Assembly: GCF_056712565.1 (NCBI RefSeq)
Contig: NZ_CM160072.1
Strand: one strand, 5' to 3'
DNA: 64,000 bases
Below are positions 11,857-28,119 of the stretch, piece after piece (position 1 is the stretch's first letter; every line of letters begins with the position of its first letter). Under the pieces are notes generated by a model. The model searched no databases, had not been told where the DNA came from, and worked only from the letters and a program-made list of their open reading frames with translations. A program made the position numbers and the translations under genes.

Positions 11857-12918
11857 TCAGTCTTGCGCGATTTGCCCATCAGGCCAGGCGTGAATCACGG
11901 CTTTGATCAGCGTCGCCAATGGAATAGCGAAGAATACGCCCCAGAATCCCCACAAACCACCGAAGATCACCACCGATAAAATAATCACCAGAGGATGCAG
12001 GTTAACCGCTTCGGAGAACAACACCGGTACTAACAGGTTGCCGTCCAGCGCCTGAATAATCAGATACACCGCGAAGCAGCTCCAGAATTCCGTGCCAGCA
12101 CCAAACTGGAATAGCGCCACGCCAACCACCGGAATGGTCACCACAAATGCGCCAATGTACGGAATAAGTACCGAGAAGCCGACCAGCACCGCCAGCAGCA
12201 GCGAATAGTTCAGCCCAAAGAGCAAGAACCCCAGCCAGGTGGCGATCCCTACCACGATCATCTCCAGCACTTTGCCGCGGATATAGTTGGTGATTTGTTG
12301 ATTCATCTCCTTCCACACCTGTCCTGCCAGTCCACGGTTGCGCGGCAGCACCCGGCGAACGGCGTTCAGCATCTGCTCTTTGTCTTTCAGCAGGAAGAAG
12401 ACCATCAATGGCACCAGCACCAGATAGACGGCAATGGTCAGCAAACCAACCAACGAGGCGAGGGAAATTTTCACCACCGAATCGCCCATGGTCAGCATCC
12501 GACTGCGCATATTTTCAGCCATTGCATCAATAATGCCCGCATCCATTAACGCCGGATAGCGGCGCGGCAACGTGGCGGCAAAGTCAGAAAGCTTATTGAG
12601 CATCCCCGGCATATCGCGGATTAAGTAGATGCCCTGCTGCCAGGCGATAGGCAGTACCACGAACGCCATCAGTAGCAGGATGCCCACAAACAGGATCAGC
12701 ACGATAGATGTCGCCCAAGGGCGGGAACAGCCAATAGACTGCAGGCGGACAGTCGGCCATTCCAGTAAATAGGCCAGCACAATAGCCACCAGCAACGGCG
12801 CGAGTAGGCCGCTAAAGAAAAAGATAATGCCAAAACCAGCAACCAAAATAACCAGCAAGGCAATCGCTTCCGGGTCGCTAAAACGGCGGCGATACCATTG
12901 CATCAACATTTCGAGCAT
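11857..12918 (-). CDS. perM: Permease PerM (AI-2E transporter family)
   Basis: 353-aa polytopic membrane protein; K-12 neighbour of bepA. Confidence 0.85.
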   Translation of the reverse strand: MLEMLMQWYRRRFSDPEAIALLVILVAGFGIIFFFSGLLAPLLVAIVLAYLLEWPTVRLQSIGCSRPWATSIVLILFVGILLLMAFVVLPIAWQQGIYLIRDMPGMLNKLSDFAATLPRRYPALMDAGIIDAMAENMRSRMLTMGDSVVKISLASLVGLLTIAVYLVLVPLMVFFLLKDKEQMLNAVRRVLPRNRGLAGQVWKEMNQQITNYIRGKVLEMIVVGIATWLGFLLFGLNYSLLLAVLVGFSVLIPYIGAFVVTIPVVGVALFQFGAGTEFWSCFAVYLIIQALDGNLLVPVLFSEAVNLHPLVIILSVVIFGGLWGFWGVFFAIPLATLIKAVIHAWPDGQIAQD

Positions 12919-13130
12919 ACAGACCTTCCCTGAACCTCAAGAGCGGGATTGCGATCCGCAATTGTATCGAAATGTCACAAAAAAGACTTCGCTTTTTATG
13001 ACGGATTCAGGAAACTGAAAAGTCATTTGAGTGGGCTAATCTTCGCCGTTACACTCAAAGGCGGCGCGGTGGGAACGATATTTCACAGTATCGGTCAAAT
13101 GACTATCTCCAGAAATACAGGATAGAGGTT

Positions 13131-14594
13131 ATGTTCAGGCAGTTGAAAAAAAACCTGGTTGCAACCCTCATTGCTGCTATGACCATTGGTCAGGTAGCCC
13201 CGGCGTTTGCCGACAGCGCAGACACCTTGCCGGATATGGGAACCTCCGCAGGAAGCACACTTTCCATTGGTCAGGAAATGCAGATGGGCGACTATTATGT
13301 CCGCCAGTTACGCGGCAGCGCGCCGTTAATTAATGATCCGCTGTTAACGCAATACATTAATTCGCTAGGAATGCGTCTGGTTTCGCATGCCAATTCGGTT
13401 AAGACACCGTTTCATTTCTTTCTGATCAACAACGATGAAATTAACGCCTTTGCTTTCTTTGGCGGCAACGTGGTGCTGCACTCTGCCCTGTTCCGTTATT
13501 CCGATAACGAAAGTCAACTGGCTTCAGTTATGGCGCACGAAATCTCCCACGTCACCCAACGTCACCTGGCGCGAGCGATGGAAGATCAGCAGCGCAGCGC
13601 GCCGCTGACCTGGGTCGGCGCGTTAGGTTCTATTTTACTGGCGATGGCCAGTCCGCAGGCGGGGATGGCGGCGCTGACCGGTACACTGGCGGGAACGCGC
13701 CAGGGGATGATCAGTTTCACCCAGCAAAATGAACAGGAAGCGGACCGCATTGGTATTCAGGTGCTGCAACGCTCGGGATTCGATCCGCAGGCGATGCCGA
13801 CCTTCCTCGAAAAATTACTCGATCAGGCGCGTTACTCTTCGCGCCCACCAGAAATTCTGCTCACTCACCCACTACCGGAAAGCCGTCTGGCTGATGCCCG
13901 TAACCGTGCCAATCAGATGAGCCCGATAGTGGTGCAATCGTCAGAAGATTTCTATCTGGCAAAAGTGCGCACACTGGGGATGTACAATTCAGGGCGTAAC
14001 CAACTCACCAGTGATTTGCTGGATGAATGGGCGAAAGGAAACGTTCGTCAGCAACGAGCGGCGCAATATGGTCGTGCTTTACAGGCGATGGAAGCCAATA
14101 AATACGACGAGGCGCGTAAAACGCTGCAACCGTTACTGGCGGCAGAACCTGGCAACGCATGGTATCTCGATCTGGCTACCGATATCGATCTTGGGCAAAA
14201 CAAAGCCAATGACGCTATCAATCGCCTGAAAAATGCCCGCGATTTGCGCACCAATCCGGTGTTGCAGCTCAACCTGGCGAACGCTTATCTGCAAGGGGGG
14301 CAACCACAGGAAGCGGCCAATATTCTGAATCGCTACACTTTTAACAATAAAGATGACAGCAACGGCTGGGATTTACTGGCACAGGCGGAAGCCGCACTAA
14401 ATAACCGCGATCAGGAACTGGCTGCGCGAGCAGAAGGTTATGCGCTCGCCGGGCGACTCGATCAGGCTATTTCCTTGTTGAGTAGCGCCAGTTCGCAGGT
14501 GAAATTAGGCAGCCTGCAACAAGCGCGTTACGATGCGCGCATCGACCAGTTGCGCCAGCTGCAGGAACGCTTTAAGCCTTATACCAAGATGTAA
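13131..14594 (+). CDS. bepA: Periplasmic metalloprotease/chaperone BepA (M48 plus TPR)
   Basis: 487 aa, signal peptide, HEISH zinc motif, TPR C-terminus. Confidence 0.9.
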   Translation: MFRQLKKNLVATLIAAMTIGQVAPAFADSADTLPDMGTSAGSTLSIGQEMQMGDYYVRQLRGSAPLINDPLLTQYINSLGMRLVSHANSVKTPFHFFLINNDEINAFAFFGGNVVLHSALFRYSDNESQLASVMAHEISHVTQRHLARAMEDQQRSAPLTWVGALGSILLAMASPQAGMAALTGTLAGTRQGMISFTQQNEQEADRIGIQVLQRSGFDPQAMPTFLEKLLDQARYSSRPPEILLTHPLPESRLADARNRANQMSPIVVQSSEDFYLAKVRTLGMYNSGRNQLTSDLLDEWAKGNVRQQRAAQYGRALQAMEANKYDEARKTLQPLLAAEPGNAWYLDLATDIDLGQNKANDAINRLKNARDLRTNPVLQLNLANAYLQGGQPQEAANILNRYTFNNKDDSNGWDLLAQAEAALNNRDQELAARAEGYALAGRLDQAISLLSSASSQVKLGSLQQARYDARIDQLRQLQERFKPYTKM

Positions 14595-14614
14595 TTCGCA
14601 TTAAAGGAAGAACA

Positions 14615-14974
14615 ATGACCAAACAGGTAAAAATCTACCATAACCCACGCTGTTCAAAGAGCCGGGAAACGCTGAACCTGCTGAAAGAAAACGGCGTGGA
14701 GCCAGAAGTGGTGCTCTACCTTGAGACACCCGCCGATGCGGCAACGCTGCGTGATTTGCTGAAAATGCTGGGGATGAATAGCGCTCGTGAATTGATGCGC
14801 CAAAAAGAGGATCTTTATAAAGAACTGAACCTGGCTGACAGTTCGCTTAGCGAAGAGGTGCTGATTCAGGCGATGGTAGAGAATCCGAAGCTAATGGAAC
14901 GCCCGATTGTGGTCGCGAATGGCAAAGCGCGGATTGGTCGTCCACCGGAGCAGGTACTGGAAATCGTGGGTTAA
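14615..14974 (+). CDS. yfgD: ArsC-family protein YfgD
   Basis: 119 aa, ArsC-like, synteny. Confidence 0.85.
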   Translation: MTKQVKIYHNPRCSKSRETLNLLKENGVEPEVVLYLETPADAATLRDLLKMLGMNSARELMRQKEDLYKELNLADSSLSEEVLIQAMVENPKLMERPIVVANGKARIGRPPEQVLEIVG

Positions 14975-15004
14975 GATGTGCTCCATCGCTAGTTGAAGCA
15001 CATT

Positions 15005-15097
15005 GCCGGATGCGACGCTTGCCGCGTCTTATCCGGCCTACGAATACTATGGATTAACTTCGCGTAGGTCGGATAAGGCGTTCGCGCCGCATCCGAC
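15005..15097. repeat. BIME (pair of inverted REP elements)
   Basis: GCCGGATGCGACGC...TTATCCGGCCTACG and inverted copy CGTAGGTCGGATAAGGCG...GCATCCGAC. Confidence 0.55.
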
Positions 15098-15111
15098 AAT
15101 AAACACCTTAT

Positions 15112-15813
15112 CTACAACTTCAGAATTTCTTTCACAAACGGAATGGTCAGCTTGCGTTGCGCGGTAATCGACGCACGATCCAGCTGATCCAGCGTCATAA
15201 ACAACGTGCGCATTTCTCTGTCGAGCCGCTTCAGCAAGAAACGCCCCACATCTTCCGGCAGTTCAAAACCACGCAAACGCGCGCGTAACTGTAGCGCCTG
15301 CAACTTATCTTCATCAGAAAGTGGCTGCAATTTGTAGATCTGCCCCCAGTCGAGACGCGACGCGAGATCCGGTAATCCCAGATTCAACTGCCGCGGTGGA
15401 CGATCGCCGGTGATCAACAACCGTGTTTTGCCCGATTCCAGAATTCGATTGTAGAGATCGAAAATCGCCATCTCCCACAACTCATCGCCGGCAATACACT
15501 CAATGTTGTCAATACAGACCAGCGACAAATGCTCCATACCGTCGAGCACTTCCGGAACAAACCAGGTGCGTTTATCCAGCGGGACATAGCCCACCGCATC
15601 GCCACGCTGTGACAATTCCGCGCAAGCCGCGTGCAGCAGATGGCTGCGCCCCGCGCCTTCGCGTGCCCAGAGATAGATGTAACCGCTATGTTCCTGACGC
15701 AGCACGTTTTGCAGCGCGGCCAGTAAAGAGGAGTTATCCCCCGGCCAGAAACTTGCAAAGGTTTCGTCGTCAGGAAGATAAAGTGGCAAAGAGAGCTGTG
15801 CCGGTGTGTTCAG
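15112..15813 (-). CDS. hda: DnaA-inactivating protein Hda
   Basis: 233 aa if started at CTG 15813 ([10 protein letters not shown]...), as recalled for K-12 Hda; ORF track gives a 248-aa extension. Confidence 0.8.
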
Positions 15814-15907
15814 AGATACCTCAACCAGGATTTCACAAAATCGCGAGAAGTTTACCACAGAATCCCATGATGTTTGAACCGGGCAGCAACACTGCCCGGT
15901 CGGTACA

Positions 15908-17197
15908 TTATTTGTCTGTTATATCCGCGTCTTCTGCGTCCAGCACCACTTCTTCAGGGCGCAGCATACTAATCAGTTTGAAGATCAAACTTAAGCCGAT
16001 ACCGACGATGGTCGCCAGCGCCATACCTTTCAGCTCCGCCGCGCCAATGTTTACCTTCGCGCCACTGACGCCGATGATCAAAATAACGGAAGTCAGGATC
16101 AGGTTCTGTGCTTTGTTGTAATCCACTTTCGATTCGATCAACACACGAATACCGGAAGCACCGATGACCCCGTAAAGCAGCAGCGAAACGCCGCCCATCA
16201 CCGGCAATGGAATCATCTGGATAGCAGCAGCCAGTTTACCGACGCAGGAAAGCAGGATAGCGAAAATCGCCGCACCGCCGATAACCCAGGTACTGTAAAC
16301 ACGGGTGATCGCCATCACGCCAATGTTTTCTCCGTAAGTGGTGTTTGGTGTGGAACCAAAGAAACCGGAGATCACGGTCGACAAGCCGTTAGCAAACATC
16401 GAACGGTGCAGACCTGGATCGCGCAGCAGATCTTTTTTGACGATATTAGCCGTTACGACCAGGTGCCCTACGTGTTCGGCAATAACCACTAACGCCGCTG
16501 GCAGAATAGTCAGAATGGCAAACCACTCGAAGCGCGGCGTATAGAGGGTCGGCAGCGCAAACCAGTGAGCATTAATAATCGGCGTGGTATCGACAATTCC
16601 CATTGCGAAAGAGAGCGCGTACCCCACCAGCACGCCAATTAAAATCGGGATAATTGCCAGGAAACCACGAAACAGCACGGAACCTAAAACCGTGACCGCC
16701 AGGGTGGTAATAGAGATGATGATGGTTTTGGAGTCTGGCGTTTGCCCTTCAGCCGGGAGTAAACCCGCCATACCGGCAGCTACGCCCGCCAGCTCCAGAC
16801 CGATGACGGCAACGATTGCGCCCATTGCCGCAGGTGGAAACAGCACGTCCAGCCAGCCGGTCCCCGCTTTCTTCACGATAAAAGAAACCAGGCAGAACAG
16901 CACGCCGCACATAATAAAGCCGCCCAGCGCGACTTCATACCCCAACGGCAACAGTAACAATACCGGTGAAATAAAGGCAAAGCTGGAACCAAGATAAGCC
17001 GGAATTTTCCCTTTACAGATGAAGAGATACAGCAGTGTTCCTATACCGTTAAATAACAGTACAGTCGCCGGGTTAATATGAAATAAGACGGGCACCAGGA
17101 CGGTTGCACCAAACATGGCGAACAAATGTTGCAAACTAAGCGGGATTGTCTGTAAAAGTGGCGGTCTTTCACTCACCCCGATAGCACGGCGCGTCAT
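15908..17197 (-). CDS. uraA: Uracil permease UraA
   Basis: 429 aa from ATG 17197 ([16 protein letters not shown]); NCS2 transporter. Confidence 0.9.
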   Translation of the reverse strand: MTRRAIGVSERPPLLQTIPLSLQHLFAMFGATVLVPVLFHINPATVLLFNGIGTLLYLFICKGKIPAYLGSSFAFISPVLLLLPLGYEVALGGFIMCGVLFCLVSFIVKKAGTGWLDVLFPPAAMGAIVAVIGLELAGVAAGMAGLLPAEGQTPDSKTIIISITTLAVTVLGSVLFRGFLAIIPILIGVLVGYALSFAMGIVDTTPIINAHWFALPTLYTPRFEWFAILTILPAALVVIAEHVGHLVVTANIVKKDLLRDPGLHRSMFANGLSTVISGFFGSTPNTTYGENIGVMAITRVYSTWVIGGAAIFAILLSCVGKLAAAIQMIPLPVMGGVSLLLYGVIGASGIRVLIESKVDYNKAQNLILTSVILIIGVSGAKVNIGAAELKGMALATIVGIGLSLIFKLISMLRPEEVVLDAEDADITDK

Positions 17198-17282
17198 AGT
17201 ATTATCCTCTGTATTATGTGTTATAGGCGCTTTACTCAAAAAAAAGCCGACTCTTAAAGTCGGCTTTAATTATTTTTATTCT

Positions 17283-17909
17283 TTATTTCGTACCAAAGAT
17301 TTTGTCACCGGCATCGCCGAGGCCCGGAATAATGTATCCGTGCTCGTTCAGTCCCTGGTCAATCGATGCAGTATACAGTTCGACGTCCGGGTGCGCTTTT
17401 TCCAGCGCAGCGATACCTTCTGGTGCAGCTACCAGCACCAGAACTTTGATGCTGCTGCAGCCCGCTTTTTTCAGCAGGTCGATGGTCGCGATAACGGAAC
17501 CACCGGTTGCCAGCATTGGGTCAACGATCAGCGCCATACGCTCATCGATGTTAGAAACCAGTTTCTGGAAGTACGGTACCGGCTCCAGCGTTTCTTCATT
17601 ACGGTACATACCGACGACACTGATGCGCGCACTCGGAACGTTTTCCAGCACACCGTCCATCATCCCAAGACCCGCACGCAGAATTGGCACAACGGTAATT
17701 TTCTTACCTTTGATCTGGTCGATTTCTACCGGGCCGTTCCAGCCTTCGATAGTGACTTTTTCCGTTTCGAGGTCGGCGGTCGCTTCGTAAGTCAGCAGGC
17801 TACCCACTTCGGAAGCGAGTTCGCGAAAGCGCTTGGTGCTGATATCTTGCTCACGCATCAGTCCCAGCTTGTGTTTGACGAGTGGGTGTTTGACTTCCAC
17901 GATCTTCAT
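17283..17909 (-). CDS. upp: Uracil phosphoribosyltransferase
   Basis: 208 aa from ATG 17909 ([14 protein letters not shown]) with RBS AAGGAG. Confidence 0.95.
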
Positions 17910-18153
17910 ACTCTTTCTCCTTTGAGGGGCAGCCACAAAAAAATCGACGGATTATACCTCCTTTCTTCAAGGCGGCAATATTATTTTCGTTGACTTTAGT
18001 CAAAACGATAACGGTTTTAGATAAAGTTATTTTATATTCAAATGGTTATGAAAGAAGATTATTCCATCCGAAAACGATCCTTTGCCCTGGTACAAGTATT
18101 CTTTCGCCGCGCGCCTGGGGAAAAGACGTGCAAAAAGGTTGTGTAAAGCAGTC

Positions 18154-18169
18154 TCGCAAACGTTTGCTT
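18154..18169. promoter_or_regulatory. Candidate PurR box upstream of purMN
   Basis: TCGCAAACGTTTGCTT, palindromic core GCAAACGTTTGC. Confidence 0.5.
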
Positions 18170-18214
18170 TCCCTGTTAGAATTGCGCCGAATTTTATTTT
18201 TCTACCGCAAGTAA

Positions 18215-19269
<1,055 letters not shown>

Positions 19270-19270
<1 letters not shown>

Positions 19271-19908
19271 TGAATATTGTGGTGCTTATTTCCGGCAACG
19301 GAAGTAATTTGCAGGCAATTATTGACGCCTGCAAAACCAACAAAATTAAAGGCACCGTACGGGCAGTTTTCAGCAATAAGGCTGACGCGTTCGGCCTTGA
19401 ACGCGCCCGCCAGGCGGGTATTGCAACGCATACGCTCATCACCAGCGCGTTTGACAGTCGTGAAGCCTATGACCGGGAGTTGATTCATGAAATCGACATG
19501 TACGCACCCGATGTGGTCGTGCTGGCTGGTTTTATGCGCATTCTCAGCCCGGCGTTTGTCTCCCACTATGCCGGGCGTTTGCTGAACATTCACCCTTCTC
19601 TGCTGCCGAAATATCCCGGATTACACACCCATCGTCAGGCGCTGGAAAATGGCGATGAGGAGCACGGTACATCGGTGCATTTCGTCACCGATGAACTGGA
19701 CGGTGGCCCGGTTATTTTACAGGCGAAAGTCCCGGTATTTGCTGGTGATACGGAAGATGACATCACCGCCCGCGTGCAAACCCAGGAACACGCTATTTAT
19801 CCACTGGTGATTAGCTGGTTTGCCGATGGTCGTCTGAAAATGCACGAAAACGCCGCGTGGCTGGATGGTCAACGTCTGCCGCCGCAGGGCTACGCTGCCG
19901 ACGAGTAA
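19270..19908 (+). CDS. purN: Phosphoribosylglycinamide formyltransferase
   Basis: 212 aa, start overlaps purM stop (ATAATG). Confidence 0.95.
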
Positions 19909-20079
19909 TGCCCCCGTAGTTAAAGCGCCAGCTCTGCCGCTGGCGTTTTTCAATTCACCTGTAAATCGCAAGCTCCAGCAGTTTTTTTCCCCCTTTTCTG
20001 GCATAGTTGGACATCTGCCAATATTGCTCGCCATAATATCCAGGCAGTGTCCCGTGAATAAAACGGAGTAAAAGTGGTA

Positions 20080-23692
<3,613 letters not shown>

Positions 23693-23698
23693 TGCTTT

Positions 23699-23730
23699 GC
23701 GGGCCGACGAGAAATGTCGGCCCGCATTAT
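23699..23730. terminator. Bidirectional terminator between ppx and pdeF
   Basis: GCGGGCCGAC...GTCGGCCCGC hairpin. Confidence 0.5.
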
Positions 23731-25974
23731 TCAGGCACTTTCGCGAATGGGTTCGATTTCATTCAGCGTATCAATTAACGGTTGCGGCTTACCAATAAGA
23801 TAACCCTGCATATAATCGATCCCCAAAGAGAGCACCGCCTCGCGGATCTCTTCGTTTTCAACGTACTCTGCCACTACCCGCATTTTCTTCATTCGCGCCA
23901 GGTGGCAAATCGACGCCACTATCTGATAATCCAGACTATTTGATACAATATTGCGGATAAAACTGCCGTCAATTTTAAGCAGATCGGCATTCACATTTTT
24001 AAGCCGCGCATAGCTGGCGTAGCCGGTGCCGAAATCATCAATCGCAATCTGGCAGCCTAATTCCTGAAGATGCTGCAAGGTGATTTGCGCCTGCTTAACA
24101 TTGGTCAGAGCATTACTTTCGGTGACTTCAAAAATAAGTTGCCACGCTTCAATCTGATATTTAGCCAGCAGCTGACTGACTTCAACAGGAAAACGAGCCT
24201 GACATACCGAGGTTGGAGACAGATTAATAGCAAAACGGTGAGCGGGCATCTTCGCTCTGTTTTCAGCCATAAATTGCAGCGTATGCTCAATGACCCACAT
24301 GTCGATACTCGACGATAAACCAAATTCGTGCGCGACCGGTAAGAAGCTATCGGGGCTGATCAGCTCATCATTCTCACCCTTCATGCGCAGAAGAATTTCA
24401 TGGTAAACATCACCACGCATACCGGTAATCGGCTGGGCCATCAGGAAAAAATGGTTGTGTTCCAGCGCCCGCTGTAGCCGATTCATCATCGCGACTTTAT
24501 CTTTCAATTCGCGTTGCAAATACATTGCTCCGCGACGCTGCATATTTTCCGGGGCGTTGGTCACGATGGAAAGTTCGGCCACTGTATTTAGCTCTCCCAG
24601 CAGCAGGTAGATATGATTCACTGGCGAGCGCACATAGCAGTAACTGACGCCAATCTGCGGTTGCATCGGCATTCCATCCCAAAAGAAACGAAATTGCTTG
24701 AGATGGCTATCCAGTGCGGTAATGCGCTCCTGGTGCGATTCTGTATTCAGCCGCAGCGCGAGATCGTTACCCGAAAGCTGATAAACATCTTCACCCGGTT
24801 CCAGCAATGGTGACAGCCAGTGAGAAAGTTTTTGCTTGTATTGAATCCGCAGCATGATGCCATAATTCTTAACCAGCATTTCCATGCCAGGGATGCGTAA
24901 ATAACAAAGCGCAGACCAGGGGGCATCACGTAACGCGCGATTCAGGGCGCGAACATTTGGCAGATGAACCACCGGGTCCACATACGCAAGCCGCTGAATG
25001 CGTCTGACTACCGCTCGCTGACGGGTTGCCAGTACAGCCATATAATTGACAATAAAAGAGAATACCAGATAACTGGAGGAGGTTATGGTCAGCTGCGTGG
25101 TATAGCCAGGATAAATGGGAATGTAATTTTGATAGCTGTGGATGCTGATCATCAACACGACCGCCCAGAGCAATGAAATCAGCTTATAACCATAGCGCAT
25201 CGCTCCCCACATCATCAGGGGCAGCAATAATGACAAGGTGTAATTGGTGCTAAAAATCGTGCTTTTTTCATTTAACGGCATGCATAACAGCAATAGTAAA
25301 GCACCTAATGCCAGTAGCCAGATTGCGAACTCTTTTTTGGTAACTTTGGCATCAACCTGCTGTTTTAATTGCGAATAATAGCTACGTAAATAAAACGGAT
25401 TTCGCACCACCCGAATGATGAAGTAGCACAGCGGGACACCAATCAGATTACCCACCAGCAAGGCCTGATAATTGATTAAGGTCCCGAGGTTAAAGGGCAT
25501 GACGCCGACCAGATTTTCTCTGCTCGCCAGTAACCCTACAAACGCAGCAAACTGGAAAAGTATCAGAAACAGCGTTGCAGGAAACACAATCTGCCAGAAT
25601 AGTCGCTGGGAAATTAAACGGCTATCACCATGTGAAACGTTGTTACGCCGGGGGGTAAAAACCCTGTAACCGCCCCAACAGAGAATGATAATGATAATAA
25701 AATTAGCCGTTAATGAGAGCGTTTCGTAAAAACCCAGCTCTGCATATTTGCGGACAAAAATCCCTAAGGCGATCCCTGGCAATGCCGCCCAGCTGAAAAA
25801 CATCATCATGCTGATCATCAATGCCAGTGGCAGATAAAAGAGAAAAACTTCACCGGAAGAAATATGCGCGAAAGTATTAATGTGGGCGAAAATGGGCAAG
25901 ATTAAAGAAGGCAGGAACAGCGGAAGCCCCCACCATTTATCACGTATTTTTATATAAGTTGCATTCAGTTTCAT
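23731..25974 (-). CDS. pdeF: Membrane c-di-GMP phosphodiesterase PdeF (YfgF), EAL domain
   Basis: 747 aa, N-terminal polytopic membrane region plus C-terminal EAL domain. Confidence 0.9.
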   Translation of the reverse strand: MKLNATYIKIRDKWWGLPLFLPSLILPIFAHINTFAHISSGEVFLFYLPLALMISMMMFFSWAALPGIALGIFVRKYAELGFYETLSLTANFIIIIILCWGGYRVFTPRRNNVSHGDSRLISQRLFWQIVFPATLFLILFQFAAFVGLLASRENLVGVMPFNLGTLINYQALLVGNLIGVPLCYFIIRVVRNPFYLRSYYSQLKQQVDAKVTKKEFAIWLLALGALLLLLCMPLNEKSTIFSTNYTLSLLLPLMMWGAMRYGYKLISLLWAVVLMISIHSYQNYIPIYPGYTTQLTITSSSYLVFSFIVNYMAVLATRQRAVVRRIQRLAYVDPVVHLPNVRALNRALRDAPWSALCYLRIPGMEMLVKNYGIMLRIQYKQKLSHWLSPLLEPGEDVYQLSGNDLALRLNTESHQERITALDSHLKQFRFFWDGMPMQPQIGVSYCYVRSPVNHIYLLLGELNTVAELSIVTNAPENMQRRGAMYLQRELKDKVAMMNRLQRALEHNHFFLMAQPITGMRGDVYHEILLRMKGENDELISPDSFLPVAHEFGLSSSIDMWVIEHTLQFMAENRAKMPAHRFAINLSPTSVCQARFPVEVSQLLAKYQIEAWQLIFEVTESNALTNVKQAQITLQHLQELGCQIAIDDFGTGYASYARLKNVNADLLKIDGSFIRNIVSNSLDYQIVASICHLARMKKMRVVAEYVENEEIREAVLSLGIDYMQGYLIGKPQPLIDTLNEIEPIRESA

Positions 25975-26325
25975 AGATGCTCAGCAGAATCCCCCACATC
26001 CTGAAGGAGGTGTATTCAGACAGGCATCCCACCTGACTTCGAATGATGATTATTCATCACTATAGAGAGCAATGATTCTAAGTGTCATATGAAAGTTCCA
26101 ATTGATATATATCAAACAAAATAACCCTGATTAATGAATTATTACGTTTATCATGTTAACTCATCATTATTACATCATCATTGTAAATAATTAAATTAAC
26201 TTCCATAACATTAAAATATGTATCCACTGACGCTTTTTTACATAACGAAGAATTGACCATTTTGTCCTGTTGTGCCTTAATGTAAGTACCGTCCACGGCG
26301 TGGGACATACTTCAAGGAACCTTTT

Positions 26326-26517
26326 GTGAGTCAGGCAACCAGTATGCGAAAACGACACCGATTTAACAGTCGCATGACCCGTATCGTACTGCTCATCAGC
26401 TTTATCTTCTTCTTTGGCCGTTTTATCTACTCGTCCGTCGGTGCCTGGCAGCACCATCAGAGCAAAAAAGAAGCTCAGCAATCCACACTCTCCGTCGAAT
26501 CACCGGTACAACGTTAG
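26326..26517 (+). CDS. yfgG: Small membrane protein YfgG
   Basis: 63 aa with one TM helix, synteny. Confidence 0.7.
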   Translation: MSQATSMRKRHRFNSRMTRIVLLISFIFFFGRFIYSSVGAWQHHQSKKEAQQSTLSVESPVQR

Positions 26518-26827
26518 CGGTTACCTTCTCCACTCTCACAGAACATAACGGCACCTCGCTGTCGGATGCTTTTGCTCTTTGAGATTATCAAAGCGGCAGA
26601 TATTCTTTCATCTTAAATTTTACGTCTTTGTTCTGACTGAAGTTCATCCTGTTCGGCTGCGAAATAAATACATCATTAATACATATGTTGTGATGATGTA
26701 TTTTTATAAATTATTTCCAGCATGAATTTTAATAAATTTAATCTATTCCTTTATACGCAATACATTTACTTTCCTCTTTTGATGATCTTAAATGTCTCAT
26801 TTTTCGTAATGTGTATAACAAGGAATA

Positions 26828-27346
26828 GTGATGAAATTTAAAAAATGTCTTCTGCCTGTGGCAATGTTAGCGTCATTCACTCTGGCAGGATGCCAGTCAA
26901 ATGCTGATGATCATGCCGCCGATGTTTATCAAACCGATCAACTGAATACCAAACAAGAAACTAAAACCGTTAATATTATTTCCATTCTTCCCGCAAAAGT
27001 TGCCGTAGACAACGCCCAAAATAAACGGAACGCACAAGCCTTCGGCGCGCTTATTGGCGCTGTCGCTGGCGGTGTTATCGGCCACAACGTCGGGTCTGGC
27101 AGCAATTCCGGAACGACGGCAGGTGCAGTTGGCGGCGGAGCTGTAGGCGCGGCAGCGGGTTCTATGGTGAATGATAAAACCTTAGTGGAAGGTGTTTCTT
27201 TAACATATAAGGAAGGCACCAAAGTGTATACCTCCACCCAGGTGGGTAAAGAGTGCCAGTTTACGACAGGTTTAGCCGTTGTTATTACCACGACGTATAA
27301 CGAAACGCGTATTCAGCCAAATACCAAATGTCCTGAAAAGAGCTAA
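26828..27346 (+). CDS. yfgH: Outer membrane lipoprotein YfgH (glycine-zipper)
   Basis: Lipobox LAGC; Gly-rich GxxxG repeats. Confidence 0.85.
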   Translation: MMKFKKCLLPVAMLASFTLAGCQSNADDHAADVYQTDQLNTKQETKTVNIISILPAKVAVDNAQNKRNAQAFGALIGAVAGGVIGHNVGSGSNSGTTAGAVGGGAVGAAAGSMVNDKTLVEGVSLTYKEGTKVYTSTQVGKECQFTTGLAVVITTTYNETRIQPNTKCPEKS

Positions 27347-27361
27347 TAATCAGGAGGAGTC

Positions 27362-27901
27362 ATGAAGAAAGTTTTTCTTTGCGCCATCTTAGCCTCCTTA
27401 AGCTATCCGGCTATCGCCTCATCATTGCAGGATCAACTCTCGGCTGTCGCAGAAGCGGAACAGCAAGGTAAAAATGAAGAGCAAAGGCAGCATGACGAAT
27501 GGGTCGCGGAGCGCAACAGGGAAATCCAGCAAGAGAAGCAACGTCGCGCAAACGCCCAGGCCGCGGCTAATAAAAGAGCGGCAACGGCAGCAGCGAATAA
27601 GAAAGCTCGTCAGGATAAACTGGACGCCGAAGCCACTGCGGACAAAAAACGCGATCAAAGTTATGAAGATGAGCTACGTAGCTTAGAGATTCAGAAACAA
27701 AAACTGGCGCTGGCGAAAGAAGAAGCCCGCGTCAAGCGCGAAAACGAATTTATCGATCAGGAACTGAAGCACAAAGCTGCGCAAACCGATGTGGTGCAAT
27801 CTGAAGCTGACGCAAACAGAAATATGACTGAAGGCGGTCGCGATCTGATGAAAAGCGTGGGTAAAGCAGAAGAGAATAAATCAGATAGCTGGTTTAACTA
27901 A
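27362..27901 (+). CDS. yfgI: Secreted coiled-coil protein YfgI
   Basis: 179 aa, signal peptide, charged coiled-coil. Confidence 0.85.
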   Translation: MKKVFLCAILASLSYPAIASSLQDQLSAVAEAEQQGKNEEQRQHDEWVAERNREIQQEKQRRANAQAAANKRAATAAANKKARQDKLDAEATADKKRDQSYEDELRSLEIQKQKLALAKEEARVKRENEFIDQELKHKAAQTDVVQSEADANRNMTEGGRDLMKSVGKAEENKSDSWFN

Positions 27902-27946
27902 ACGATGTTAGTAACTTCAAACCTATAATTCTTTAGGATAAAAAAA

Positions 27947-27973
27947 CCCTCTGTAGTAACAGAGGGTTTTGTT
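27947..27973. terminator. Bidirectional rho-independent terminator (yfgI / original guaA)
   Basis: A-run, CCCTCTG-tagtaa-CAGAGGG, TTTTGTT. Confidence 0.6.
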
Positions 27974-27994
27974 CATTCATAGTGCAGGGTCAAA

Positions 27995-28009
27995 TCATTC
28001 CCACTCAAT
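27995..28009 (-). other. Displaced guaA 3' end (codons IEWE-stop) = prophage attachment core at junction
   Basis: TCATTCCCACTCAAT reverse-translates to ...I-E-W-E-stop then diverges into phage DNA; 9-bp inverted repeat CACTCAATT/AATTGAGTG at 28002-28038. Confidence 0.55.
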
Positions 28010-28119
28010 TATTTACGATAACCATAACCAATTGAGTGATAACATTTTTCCAAATCTCAATTTTTCCCGTACCGTTTTATATACCGTCACCGGAAATCAG
28101 TACCATGAAAAATGCCATG

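Noticed and set aside
15423-16121. 232-aa plus-strand ORF
   Set aside because: Antisense to hda and uraA; shadow ORF in GC-rich coding DNA.
17115-17993. 292-aa plus-strand ORF, plus 162-aa ORF at 17302..17790
   Set aside because: Both lie entirely antisense to upp/uraA, which have strong identity and RBS support.
26191-26481. 96-aa minus-strand ORF
   Set aside because: Overlaps yfgG on the opposite strand and runs into AT-rich intergenic DNA.
27995-28009. guaA pseudogene
   Set aside because: Only 15 nt of guaA are present; this is the duplicated att core, and the functional guaA is expected intact at the other prophage end.
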